From: Chrysochromulina tobinii
Lineage: Eukaryota
DNA: 36,531 bases
Direction: 5' to 3'
Assembly (NCBI GenBank): GCA_001275005.1
Contig: JWZX01002296.1
Span: 1 to 36,531, forward strand
In this document: in pieces, positions 1 through 9,856 of the stretch
Layout: each line of letters opens with the position of its first letter
Numbering within the stretch: the first letter of the stretch is position 1
Program-made: the position numbers and the translations under genes
Notes under the pieces: model-generated
What the model was told of the DNA's origin: nothing
What the model saw: only the letters and a program-made list of their open reading frames with translations
Database searches by the model: none

Positions 1-146
1 GTACAGGGGGTACAGGGTACAGGGGGTACAGTAACGGGTACAGGGGGTCCAGGGGGTACAGGGGGTACAGGGGGGTCCAGGGGAGGGGGCCAGCGGGTAC
101 AGGGGTCCAGGGTCCAGGGTCCAGGGTACACAAGCCTGTACCCCTG
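1..146. repeat. G-rich minisatellite (unit ~GGGGGT[A/C]CA), truncated by the window edge
   Basis: Roughly 14 imperfect units over 1-130, followed by one inverted unit (cctgtacccctg, 135-146). Confidence 0.9.
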
Positions 147-531
147 CTCTGGGGGTCTATGGTGAGGGCGCCAACGATCCGGCTGCGGTCACTGTTGCGG
201 AGTCGAAAGTTTCGTCCGCGTCGACTGTTGTTCAAATTAAATTGGAAAAAGCGCAGAGGCGCTTGCGCGTTGCACATGGCGTTGCGGGCCCTTGCGGGGT
301 CCGTTGCTCTTGGGCGTTGGGGCGCCACCGGCCCTTGCACCGGCCGCACTTCAAGGTTCAAGAGAGTCGGATCACAGCGTGTACCTGCCGTGTTCCTCGT
401 GCGCGCCTCGGTTTACATTCCTTTCGGGAGAGAACTTGTTTGTCGAGTTTGTCCCCTGGCCGGTGTTTCGTTACAAGTCGGTCATCAAGCGACTCGAATC
501 CGGCGGGTCAATCCCGCCTTCTTCATTACAC

Positions 532-1645
532 ATGCTCTCCTCGAAGATGCGACGAGAGGAAGTCGGGCTCTTCGACGAGGGACAGAGCGGCGGACGCGAC
601 TCGCTGACGCTCAAGGTCCTCGAGACACCTTCGCATTCGCCCAAGACGACGATGGGCTTGAGCCTCAGATCCCCTTCCATGACCTCAATCGCCTCCATGG
701 GGTCGCTGAGCACGCCCGCCAGTTCAATCTTCGGCGAGGGCTCATCGGTCAAGGTCCGTGTGTCCGTCCCTGATGAGTTGCCGGCTACCGGGCCTGTCTT
801 CTTTGAGGTTGAGGTGCGCTCGGCGGCGCTGCGCAAAATCATCGTCGTGCAGCGCCGGTTCAAGGCCTTCGATGCGCTGGCTTCGAAGCTCCAGTGGGAC
901 CGAATCGCAATCGGCGCGCCCGATCTGCCTCCCAAGTACGTCGTCGCTCTCCACGGCGGCCGCGCGCACGCAAATGAGCCCTGCCCAGAACTCGCGCTCA
1001 CCTGGACCTTCATCGTCCCGGCGCAGGCTGCCCGCGCCCGGGTACGACTACATGGCCCTCAAGGCGCGCGCATCCACGCTGCAGCTCTGGGCCTCGTTCG
1101 TGCTGGCGCAGTCGGACGCCCTGAAGCACCCGGACGTGGCCGTCTTCTTCGGGCTGCCTGCGGACTTGGAGCCCGACCAGCTGGAGGAGGCAGAGGCGGC
1201 GCTCGTCAAGCTCCAAGCCATGAGCCGCGGCTACCTCGCCCGCTCCGACTTGACCACCGCGAACCTCGCGCGCCACTCGAACCCGCCAAAGCGCGGAGGC
1301 CTCTTGCGCGGCGTGCTCGTGCTGTCCGTGCTCATGATGGCGCTCGGGCTCGGGCTCAGGCTGGAGGCGCTCAAGACGGCGCCTTGGACGCTCGCGCCGG
1401 TCGTTCTCGTGCCTGTCGCGCTCGCCAAGGCGCCCGCGACGGCGCTCGGCCCGGCGCCGCGGCCCGTGGAGGACGTGGCTGGTGGGAACAAGTTTGTGCG
1501 CATGGGAGGCGCACGCGCTAAGGCGTGGGCGGCTGGTGTGGGACAGCGCGTCGCTCGGTGGGCCCGTGCGCTTGCGCCTCCCATGCGTGCTCCCAAGTTG
1601 CATGCGCCTCCCAAGTCCAAGGACGCGCCGCAAACGGCCTCGTGA
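532..1645 (+). CDS. PX-domain protein with IQ motif and C-terminal transmembrane segment (2 exons)
   Basis: join(532..935,1027..1645). A GT-AG intron at 936-1026 joins VVQRRFKAFDALASKL...APDLPPK to LPAPGY...RASTLQLW...HPDVAVFF, completing a PX domain. IQ motif AALVKLQAMSRGYLAR, then hydrophobic GVLVLSVLMMALGLGL. Start could be 532 or 547. Confidence 0.75.
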
Positions 1646-1713
1646 ACGCTCGCGTTGTCATGGCCGCTCTCGCGTGGTGTGAACGCTCGCGTTGTCATGG
1701 CCGCTCTCGCGTG
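1642..1713 (+). repeat. 35-bp direct tandem duplication including the PX gene stop codon
   Basis: gtgaacgctcgcgttgtcatggccgctctcgcgtg at 1642-1676 and 1679-1713, identical. Confidence 0.95.
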
Positions 1714-1962
1714 ATGCGCCCTCGCTCTGCACGCGTCCACGGGCGGATGGCTGCTTGGACACGTGCATTCACGGACGCCATATGATGTGGTCAGGCGCAT
1801 GAGAGAGAAGTTGGGAGCGGTGCCGGGTAGGCCTCCCCAGCACGTGTGAACTCTCCATCCTGGATGGTGGAGCTGCTGATTTCAAAGACCGCGATCGAAG
1901 AAACCCCGGCGTACAGTGTATAGTGCCGTGATGAGCTATTTTACGGCGCGCTAAAGAATGTT

Positions 1963-2964
1963 CTATGGCCGACGTGATGCTCTCGAATGATGCTCGTTGC
2001 TCGTTGCAGAGTCTTTTGCAGAGTCGACCGCCGCTGCCACACCCGACTCCCGAGGGAGGTCGCGCCGACGGTGCAGGCACCACATTCGCTCGGCCCCTCC
2101 CGGGAAAGGCCTGAGGGGCAACACCTGCTCGAGCTGCCAGCGCCCCTCGAGCGCCGCGAAGAAGGCCGCGTCCGCGTGCGCGCCACCACGCCCCTCGCCC
2201 ACGTACACGAGCCTCTCTCCACCACGCGCCTCAAACGACGCGAGCCAACGCGCTGGCTGCGGACCGGGCGGAGGCGCCACAAGCAGCAGGGTGCGGTCGG
2301 CGTGCTGGGCGGCGGCTGTGGCGCCATCGACGCCGAGGACGACGCCGCCCTGCTCGGTCGCCGCGCGCGCTGCCGCCGCGCTGCTCTCCGACCCAACCAG
2401 CGGCAGCGCAGAGCCGTCATCGAAGGCGAGCACGTCTGCACTGTGCATGCGCCGCCGCAGCGCGCGCGCCCACTGCCCTTGGCCGGCGCCAACCTCGATG
2501 AGTGGCGCACGCCGGGCGAGTGCGTCGAGCGCCGGTTCGGTCCACGCTACGCAACCGTACGTGGCTACGTACGCATCGCGGTCGTCGGCCGACGTGCCCG
2601 GGCCATAGCTCACCCGGCTCGCCTCGTCCCGGAGCGCCGAGAGCAGCAAGGAGAGCTCGTCGCTGGCCGCGGCGCGGTCTTGCAGGCAAGTGGCGCGCCC
2701 GAAGAGGCCACAGTACATGTTGGCGCGGCGGCGACAGTCCTCGATGGCTGGCACTGCCGCGCGGAGCAGCGCGTCAAGCCGCACAGCCTGCTCGCTCCTC
2801 ACCTGCGCCAGCCGGGCCGTTTGGAAGTCGTTCATGAAGTGCGGATCGGCATATGGCAGCTCCGACACAGCCGGGTCGCCTACACGCTTAGAGGAGCGGT
2901 ACAGCACAGCCGCGCCCAGGCCAATGGCCGCGCCGCCAGCCATAGATCGCGCGAGTGAATGCAT
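1963..2964 (-). CDS. Class I SAM-dependent methyltransferase-like protein (uncharacterised family) with N-terminal hydrophobic segment
   Basis: Motif I LIEVGAGQGQWA, post-I DVLAFDD, then RTLLLVAPP and LVYVGEGRGG...ADAAFF. First in-frame ATG at 2964. Confidence 0.7.
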   Translation of the reverse strand: MHSLARSMAGGAAIGLGAAVLYRSSKRVGDPAVSELPYADPHFMNDFQTARLAQVRSEQAVRLDALLRAAVPAIEDCRRRANMYCGLFGRATCLQDRAAASDELSLLLSALRDEASRVSYGPGTSADDRDAYVATYGCVAWTEPALDALARRAPLIEVGAGQGQWARALRRRMHSADVLAFDDGSALPLVGSESSAAAARAATEQGGVVLGVDGATAAAQHADRTLLLVAPPPGPQPARWLASFEARGGERLVYVGEGRGGAHADAAFFAALEGRWQLEQVLPLRPFPGGAERMWCLHRRRDLPRESGVAAAVDSAKDSATSNEHHSRASRRP

Positions 2965-2968
2965 GGAC

Positions 2969-2986
2969 GTCAAGTCAAGTCAAGTC
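2969..2986. repeat. (CAAGT)n pentamer microsatellite
   Basis: gtcaagtcaagtcaagtc, a few nt upstream of the 2964 ATG. Confidence 0.8.
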
Positions 2987-3000
2987 CTGCCTCGCAGTGT

Positions 3001-3239
3001 GTCAGTCAGTTTCGTCGCGGTCACCCCGAGCTCACCACGTCTCAAAGGACGGCTCCGCTCCCCTCGGTCAACACAAGTACGCACTGAGTAATCGCTCGCT
3101 CGGGCTACTCAATTTCGCTACATGTGGATAGTGTAGAGGTCGCTCGCGGTCTGGGACTCCCCATGCACACAGCTGACACAGGGTGATCCCGCTGGTGCCC
3201 GCTGCCCTATACCGGGCGGGATTGTGATAGGCAATCAGG
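3001..3239 (-). mobile_element. Dispersed structured repeat, copy 1 (putative SINE-like non-autonomous retroelement)
   Basis: Colinear blocks shared with 13066-13321: tcaaaggacggctccgc, caacacaagtac, tcgctcgctcgggctactca, cagggtgatccc, cgctgccctatac, accgggcggga-tgtgataggcaatcagg. On the minus strand it ends in gacgaaactgactgac. Confidence 0.65.
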
Positions 3240-3295
3240 CGATATTCCGCTCTCTGATTGGTCACATCATATGAGGGCAGCATGCGTCCCACGCC

Positions 3296-4051
3296 TCAGT
3301 TGCAATTCTTCTCCTTGCGCTTACCGTTGAGCTTCTTGATCTGGGCCTCGATGGCCTTCTCGGCGTCCGCGACGACCTTCTTCTGCGCGGGGTCGTTGGG
3401 CATGGCCTCGAGCTTGTCCTTCTCAAACTGGATTGCCTCCTTGTCGATGCTGATAATCTTCTCCAGCTCGGAGCAGGTGGCGCCCGAGCCATCGACGAGC
3501 GTGCCCGACTTGGCACGCTCGATGACGCGGGCGATGCCGAGCTGGTTATCGTCCGCACGCTCGTAGACCTCCCTGTCCGACGCCTGCTTCAGCTCCGGGC
3601 ACGACTTAGATTTCTCGAGGGCCTCCAGCTTCTTGATCTGGGCATCGATCGCCTTCTCGGCGTCCTCGACGATCTTCTTCTGATCATCGAGGCGACGACC
3701 TTCTTCTTCTCCATCGGCGAAAGCATCAAGCTTGTCCTTCTCGAACCGGAGAGCACGGCGGTCGACCGCGATGATGTCTTTGAGCTCGGAGCAGGTGGCG
3801 CTCGAGCCATCGACGAGCTTGCCCGCCTTGGCACGCTCGATGACGCGTGCGGCGTTGAGATCGCCCGCGTCTGCGCGTGCGTAGACCTCAGCATCTGACG
3901 CCTGCTTTAACTCGGCGAACGCGGCGAGAGGCACGAGCGGGATCAGCGCGGCGGCCTTGGCGAAGGCCGCACGACGAGACATGCCCTCGACGGGCAAGTT
4001 GAGCGCATCGCCAGTTGCAATGAGCGCCGCAGCGGCGACGAGGAGTCGCAT
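3296..4051 (-). CDS. Predicted thylakoid-lumen protein of unknown function, two ~100-aa internal repeats
   Basis: Signal peptide MRLLVAAAALIATGDA, twin-Arg SRRAAF plus hydrophobic stretch ending in AFA. The mature part is ELKQASD...TCSEL...FEKDKL...QKK.V.DAEKAI.AQIKKL...C twice. Strong codon bias. Confidence 0.85.
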   Translation of the reverse strand: MRLLVAAAALIATGDALNLPVEGMSRRAAFAKAAALIPLVPLAAFAELKQASDAEVYARADAGDLNAARVIERAKAGKLVDGSSATCSELKDIIAVDRRALRFEKDKLDAFADGEEEGRRLDDQKKIVEDAEKAIDAQIKKLEALEKSKSCPELKQASDREVYERADDNQLGIARVIERAKSGTLVDGSGATCSELEKIISIDKEAIQFEKDKLEAMPNDPAQKKVVADAEKAIEAQIKKLNGKRKEKNCN

Positions 4052-4332
4052 TTAGCTTGACCTCTCGCGGCCTTCAACGCGGGAGGTCACGTTTCCCCTT
4101 TCCATACATGGCATGTCTCGGACAAAAGCGCTTGCTTCGTGAAAGGATACATGTGCAGAGAACGTCGCGAATCATGTAAATTCGTTTTCTAAGGGCCCGG
4201 GCCCTTGTGTGTTGTGTCCCGAGTGGACGCGAGGGCCGAGATAGGCATGGATACAGGAAACAGGATAGGCGTCACACCGTCACCGACACACCCCCCTAAC
4301 CAATTACCATGGCACGATCGTATACACGCGCC

Positions 4333-4360
4333 TGACCGCGACGAAACTGACTAACTGACT
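4333..4360 (+). repeat. Terminal fragment of the dispersed element (3' end plus TGAC-type tail), opposite orientation
   Basis: tgaccgcgacgaaactgact (4333-4352) is the exact reverse complement of 3004-3023 and is followed by aactgact. Confidence 0.75.
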
Positions 4361-4663
4361 TACTGGCGCACGGCACACATGCACTGCGTCGCGCGCATAC
4401 ACGCCAGGACCCCGAAGATCGAACACGTCCAAGGGAACACGTCGCGCGCGGGGCGCCGGCGCGGGCACGCGCCGACCGCTCTCGATTAGAGTTCATTACG
4501 CAGATTCAACATCGAAAAAGAGGACCATGCAATAAAGATAGTTACACGTACACACAATAACGGTACTCCTGTTCAATTCGCGTCCGGCACCTCTTCTTAA
4601 ACTGTCAGAAGTTCGCTACTTTTCAGGATTGCCGTGCAGACCAACGTACTGGGGGTTCGCCTC

Positions 4664-5316
4664 TTAATCGTCGTCGTCGAGGAGGTCGTCGAGTGGGTTG
4701 TCGCCGCGCTTCTTCATGATGCGGTAGAACTCATCCGGGTTGATCTCGCCGTCGCCGTCGCGGTCGGCCTGGTCGATCATGTCCTGGAGCTCCTCCTCGG
4801 TCATGTTCTCACCGAGCTCCTTGGCGACGCGCTTGAGGTTCTTGAACGAAATCTTGCCGGTCGAGTCGTCGTCGAAGAGCTTGAAGACCTTGATGATCTC
4901 CTCCTTGGTGTCCTTCTCGCCCATCTTGCCCGTCATCATCTCGAGGAACTCGGGGAACTCGATGTGTCCCGAGCCGTCAGCATCAATGTCCGTGATCATC
5001 TTGCGGAGCTCCTCCTTCTTGACCTCGAAACCGAGGGCGCGCATCGCGGCCTTGAGCTCGCGGTAGTCGATCGAGCCGGAGTGGTCCGTGTCGAATAGGT
5101 TGAACGCCTCGCGGATCTCCTCAATCTGCTCCTCCGAAAGCCCGGGCTTCTTGGCTGTTAGAGCGGGCAGAGGCACGCGCGCACGCCGTGAGCATGTGCA
5201 GCAGTGGAGCGGAAAGCTAAGCTCCCCATCGTGCGAGCGACGAGCGATGCGAGGCGCGCACCCTTGGAGCTGCCACCGCGACCACCTTTAATCGGTGAAG
5301 CACCCTTGGGCGGCAT
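4664..5316 (-). CDS. CETN: Centrin (caltractin), EF-hand Ca2+-binding protein (2 exons, 181 aa)
   Basis: complement(join(4664..5154,5262..5316)); intron 5155-5261 is GTGCGC...TAACAG. Sequence [37 protein letters not shown]...[19 protein letters not shown] is diagnostic of centrin. Confidence 0.95.
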
Positions 5317-5626
5317 GATGGCGAGGGACTCACAGACTTTTCGCGCCGCGAGGACGTTTTTAGTGTGATCCAAACGAGGACACGTTCTTGTGCAAACTCG
5401 AAGGGCCACCCCCATCTTGCGCACGTGCAAAGTGGCTGTGAAAACGGGAATTGGGTGGAGTGCCGCGAATTTCCCGAAGCCCGCTCGTCGCGCGCCGTGC
5501 ACGAAGCCTGCGACGGCGAAGAAAACCAAGAAGAAGAAGCGCGCAAGCGCGCGCGCTGCTAGCTCACGCGCTAGCTCACCTGCCCGCTCCAGAGAGAGCA
5601 CCCCGTACAGAGAGAGCGCCCCCAAG

Positions 5627-8600
5627 ATGTCCGCCATCGAGGCTGCTATCGAGGTGATCCGTGGCGCGATGCGTGCGGCGCGCCCGCCGATCCGCGTGCC
5701 GAGCGGGTACGACAAGGTGTGCAACGACGAATGCCTCTTCTCGTTCGACACGCCTTACTCGCCCGAGGGCCTGTACGTGTCGCTCGGCAGCTACCAGGGT
5801 TTTGCGCAGCGGTACGTGGCGCTCGACCACGAGCGCACGCGCAACCAGTTGTACGTGCACCTCAAGTACACAAAGACCCTCAAGGAGGCGCACGCCGAGG
5901 AGGTGGAGAAGACGAAGCCGACCAAGCTCGCGATCGGCGGAGAGGGCGGCTTCGACGTCGGCGAGGACCGGTACGAAGTGACTAAGGAGCACGCGCTCGT
6001 GTGCGTGCCGATGGAGGGAGGCGCCGAGCCGTGGGTGAGCGTGCCGCTCCCGTGCATCGACCTGCCTCAGCTGCTCATCGACGCATGCCACGCGCTGATC
6101 GAGAAGAGGTCGCACCTGGCCGAGGCGGCGAGCGCGGCGGTCGCGTGGGACAGCGGCCCGAAGAGGGAGAGCAAGTACGCGGCCACGCTCATGCAACTAC
6201 CCGCGACGAAAAAGATCTCCGCGGACCCCAAAGACTGGGTATGCGAGGAGAGCGGCATGCGTGAGAATCTCTGGCTGAACCTGTCCGATGGGCACATTGG
6301 CTCCGGCCGGCGCCAGTACGATGGCTCGGGCGGCTCCAACGGCGCGATGAACCACTACACGGCCACTCGCGCGTCCCATCCTCCGCACGGCTTCCCTCTC
6401 GTAGTGAAGCTCGGCACGATTACGCCTTTCGGTGCGGACGTGTTCTCGTATGCACCCGATGAGGACGACGAGGTACTCGACCCGAAGCTCGCTGAGCATC
6501 TCGCGCACTGGGGCATCAACATGATGGTGATGGAGAAGACCGAGCTCACCCTCGAGGAGATGAGCATCCATGTGAGCGAGATTGCGCGAAGTGGATCGCT
6601 TGATGGCCCTCTGATTATGGCCCCGAATGGCCCCATATTGACCGAGAGCGCTCCGTTGCTCGGAACCTGACCTTTCGTTTTCAGGCGAACGAGAAGCTCG
6701 CGCTGGACAAGATCACCGAGGCAGGCAAGGACCTGGCACCTCTGACCGGAGCAGGCTACGTCGGCCTCAGGAATCTGGGCAATTCGTGCTACATGAACTC
6801 GGTGCTGCAGGTGCGTACACGCACGCGCCTGTGCACACACCCTCAGGGTGCATCTCAGACTGCCAGGGTGCATCTCAGACTGCCAGGGTGCATCTCAGAC
6901 TGCCAGGGTGCCTCTCAGACTGCCAGGGTGCATCTCAGACTGCCTCTGATGACGCCCCCCTTGCCTTATCGGATCGCCCCCTTGGCTGGCGCAGGCGCTC
7001 TTTGCTACCGACGAGCTACGCGCCGCCTTTCCGCCCAGCGCTCTTCCCGCCATCTTCAAGGCGGCGCCTGAGGATGCCTCAAGTGATCTGCTCGTGCAGC
7101 TAGCCAAGCTGGCCGACGGGCTCACCACGGACCGCTATGCCGCTGGCAATGAGTCCGAGCTCGCGGTGTGTGTGCAGCCTCGCATGTTCAAAGCGCTCGT
7201 GGGCAAGGGACACCCCGAGTTCTCCTCGGCGCGCCAGCAGGACGCGCAGGAGTATCTCGGCCATTTCCTCGGGATGCTCCTGCGGATGGAACGCAAGGCA
7301 GGGGCCGCGGCCTTCGCGCCCTTCTCGCCGCTGCTCGCCTTCTCCCAAGAGGAGCGCATCGAGGTGGACGGGATGGCTTGCTACAAGACGACCCACGGCG
7401 TCACGCAGCTCATCGTGCCCATCGACCTCGCCGACGCTACCAATAAGAGCGAGGTGAGTGTCTGCTCTTCGGATTTCCCTCGGCCTACGATCCTCCCCCC
7501 CTCCCCCTCTCCCCCTCCGCTCCCCCCCCTCCCCTGCCTGACTCTCCTCGGAATGCCTCTCGCGTGCCCCACTGAGCTGCCCCCGGCGCGTCCCCCCGGT
7601 GCGTGCAGGTCGATGCGTACGAGGAGCGCGCGTCGCTCGCCAAACGGCAGAAGCTCGAGCTCGAAGAGGACCCGGAGCTCGCCGCGGCTATGTCGCTCTC
7701 CAAAGGGGAGGCGGGGCTGCCCCCCACGGCGCGCGAAGAAGAGCCACCCGTCGTGCCGATCGTGCCGCTGGCCACGTGCCTGGCGCGCATGGGTGCGCCC
7801 GCTCCCCTCGACAACTTCCGTGGGCGCATGGGCGCGCTCAAGACGACGCGTTTCGCCACCTTCCCGCGCTACCTGATGATGACGCTGCAGCGCTACTACA
7901 CGAGCCAGGACTGGCAGGCCAAGAAGATGTCCGTCGAGGTGCCCATGCCACTCGAGCTCGACCTCTCTGCGTGGCGAGCGTCCGGACCGAAAGAGGGTGA
8001 GGCACTGTTGCCAGACTCGCCCGCCGGAAGAGGCGGGGGGGCAGCCGACGCGCCGGCACCGCCACCCGCGGCGCTGCTCGCGCCCGACGATACGATCGTG
8101 GCGCAGCTGCTCTCGATGGGCTTTTCGGAGAACGGGAGCAAGCGTGCGGCCATCGCCGTCCAGAATGCGAACGCGGAGGCCGCTGCCGAGTGGGTCTTTG
8201 CGCACATGGACGATGCGGACTTCAATGAGCCCTTGCCACCGCCGGCCGCCGCAGACGCACCGGCGCGTGGCGGAGGGGTGGTGGCGGTGGACATGGAGGC
8301 GGTGACGATGCTCGAGGGGATGGGGTTCACTGAGACGCAAGCGAAGGGTGCCCTCTCCATCACGGGCAATAATCTCGAGCGCGCGGCCGATTGGCTCTTT
8401 TCCCACAGCCGATGACCTCGACGGAGCCCTCGCCCAAGAGCTCTACGGTGGGCCGACCGCCAGAAGCAACGGCGGAGGAGGCGGTGGCGGTGGCGGCGGA
8501 GCAGCCGGTGCAGGTGGGGGTGGTGGCGGCGCGCCCGAGGCGGCGAGTGACGGCCCAGGCACGTACGAGCTCCTCGCCATCATCTCACACATGGGCTCGA

Positions 8601-8740
8601 ACACGAGCTGCGGCCACTACGTGTGCCACGTGCGCAAGCAGGGGCGCTGGGTGCTCTACAATGACCAGAAGGTGGCCGTATCCGAGGAGCCACCCCTTGC
8701 GCTCGGGTACATGTACCTCTACAAGCGAATGGACGTTTAA
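5627..8740 (+). CDS. USP5: Ubiquitin carboxyl-terminal hydrolase USP5/USP13/UBP14 (isopeptidase T), 4 exons, apparent +1 frameshift near 8407
   Basis: Exons 5627-6571, 6685-6810, 6995-7453 and 7609-8740, all introns GT-AG. ZnF-UBP region ([28 protein letters not shown]), Cys box [23 protein letters not shown], two UBA domains, His box [21 protein letters not shown]. Confidence 0.92.
6844..6943 (+). repeat. 5 x 20-bp minisatellite inside USP5 intron 2
   Basis: cagggtgcatctcagactgc five times (4th copy has one substitution), within intron 6811-6994. Confidence 0.97.
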
Positions 8741-9856
8741 GGCCGGTTGTGTGAGGGCGGTCGCGTCCGGCTGACGCGTTATGTTGAGCGCTCCAAGAGG
8801 TCGTGTCGCAGGTGGACGCGTTAGGCTGAAAGCCCTAGCGGGCGCGGAAACAGAGAGGCGGTGGACGTGTGAGCAGCAGACAGAGATGCGGACGCACTCA
8901 GGGAGCGCGTGGGCTGCGGAGCGCGTGGTGGAGTTGGGAAGTGAGAAACGTATTAGAGGTCAAGACGGTCGAACTTGTAACGTGCGGTAAGCGATGTGTG
9001 GACGCGGTGGAGAACGGGGGAGTCCGGCCGGGCCGCGGGGGCGAGGTAAAACTTGCACAGCGGGGCGCCAGGCTAGCGGTTAAGCGTTAAACGGTGCCAA
9101 TTTAGTATTTTCTATTTACTCGGCAGCTGCGCGCACCTCGCGATCGGTCCTCGAGTGCATTTTGCACAACGCCGAACAGGGTCGTCCACCTTCCTCCACC
9201 GCGCTGCACGCGACCGAAGTGGTGGCTGGTGCGGTTCGCGGAAAACTTGAACCGACGCGAAAGTGGCGAGACCAAGAAAGTCACCAAAAGAGCCCAGTTG
9301 TGGGTCGTGCCGGGAACAAAATTCGAGACTTCGTCTTCGAGACAGCAGTTCCGAAGTTTACAACAAACATGCTACATGCAACGTGTCCTCTCCGCTCTCG
9401 TGGATCACGAGTCGTCTCGACTGTCGAGCGGGGGGCGCTGTGGAGCGCTGCCTTCCGCCGCAGGGCCGAGCCCGAGGGCGGAGCGGCAGGCCGACAAGCT
9501 TCGCGTTCGGTTCCGAGCCGCTGTGACCCCGCGCGCCGCGGCCGTTTCACTTTGTCCTTATAACCTTAAACCTACGCTTATCTTTAACCCACCGCACCAT
9601 GAGTAGTACTCCCATGTTAACTACGCAATGGCGCTATCGTATGTCGTGCCGTGATATGACGATCCTCGCGTGACCCGTGGTAACCATCGCATCATATCGT
9701 AACCACCCAATCACAATTCACAACATGCGATCATTATCAATCCAACGACCCGGGTTCCTTCTCGCGCGGGGTGAAGTACCGTCGAAGCTGCATGCGAAGG
9801 TGGCACACCAGGGGAGCGCCACCGGTAGAGGCCACTTTTACATTCTCTGGCTCAGT

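Noticed and set aside
3001..3050. Hammerhead ribozyme in the dispersed element (minus strand ...TGAG-stem-GACGAAAC)
   Set aside because: Both copies read GTGGTGAG instead of the CUGANGA core, and I could not build stems I/III with an NUH cleavage site. The resemblance is partial only.
3004..4352. Pack-type DNA transposon with 20-bp TIRs capturing the lumenal-protein gene
   Set aside because: The inverted 20-mers are better explained as independent, oppositely oriented ends of the dispersed element. No target-site duplication was seen.
6844..6943. CRISPR-like array
   Set aside because: Head-to-tail repeats with no spacers, inside a spliceosomal intron, with no cas genes.
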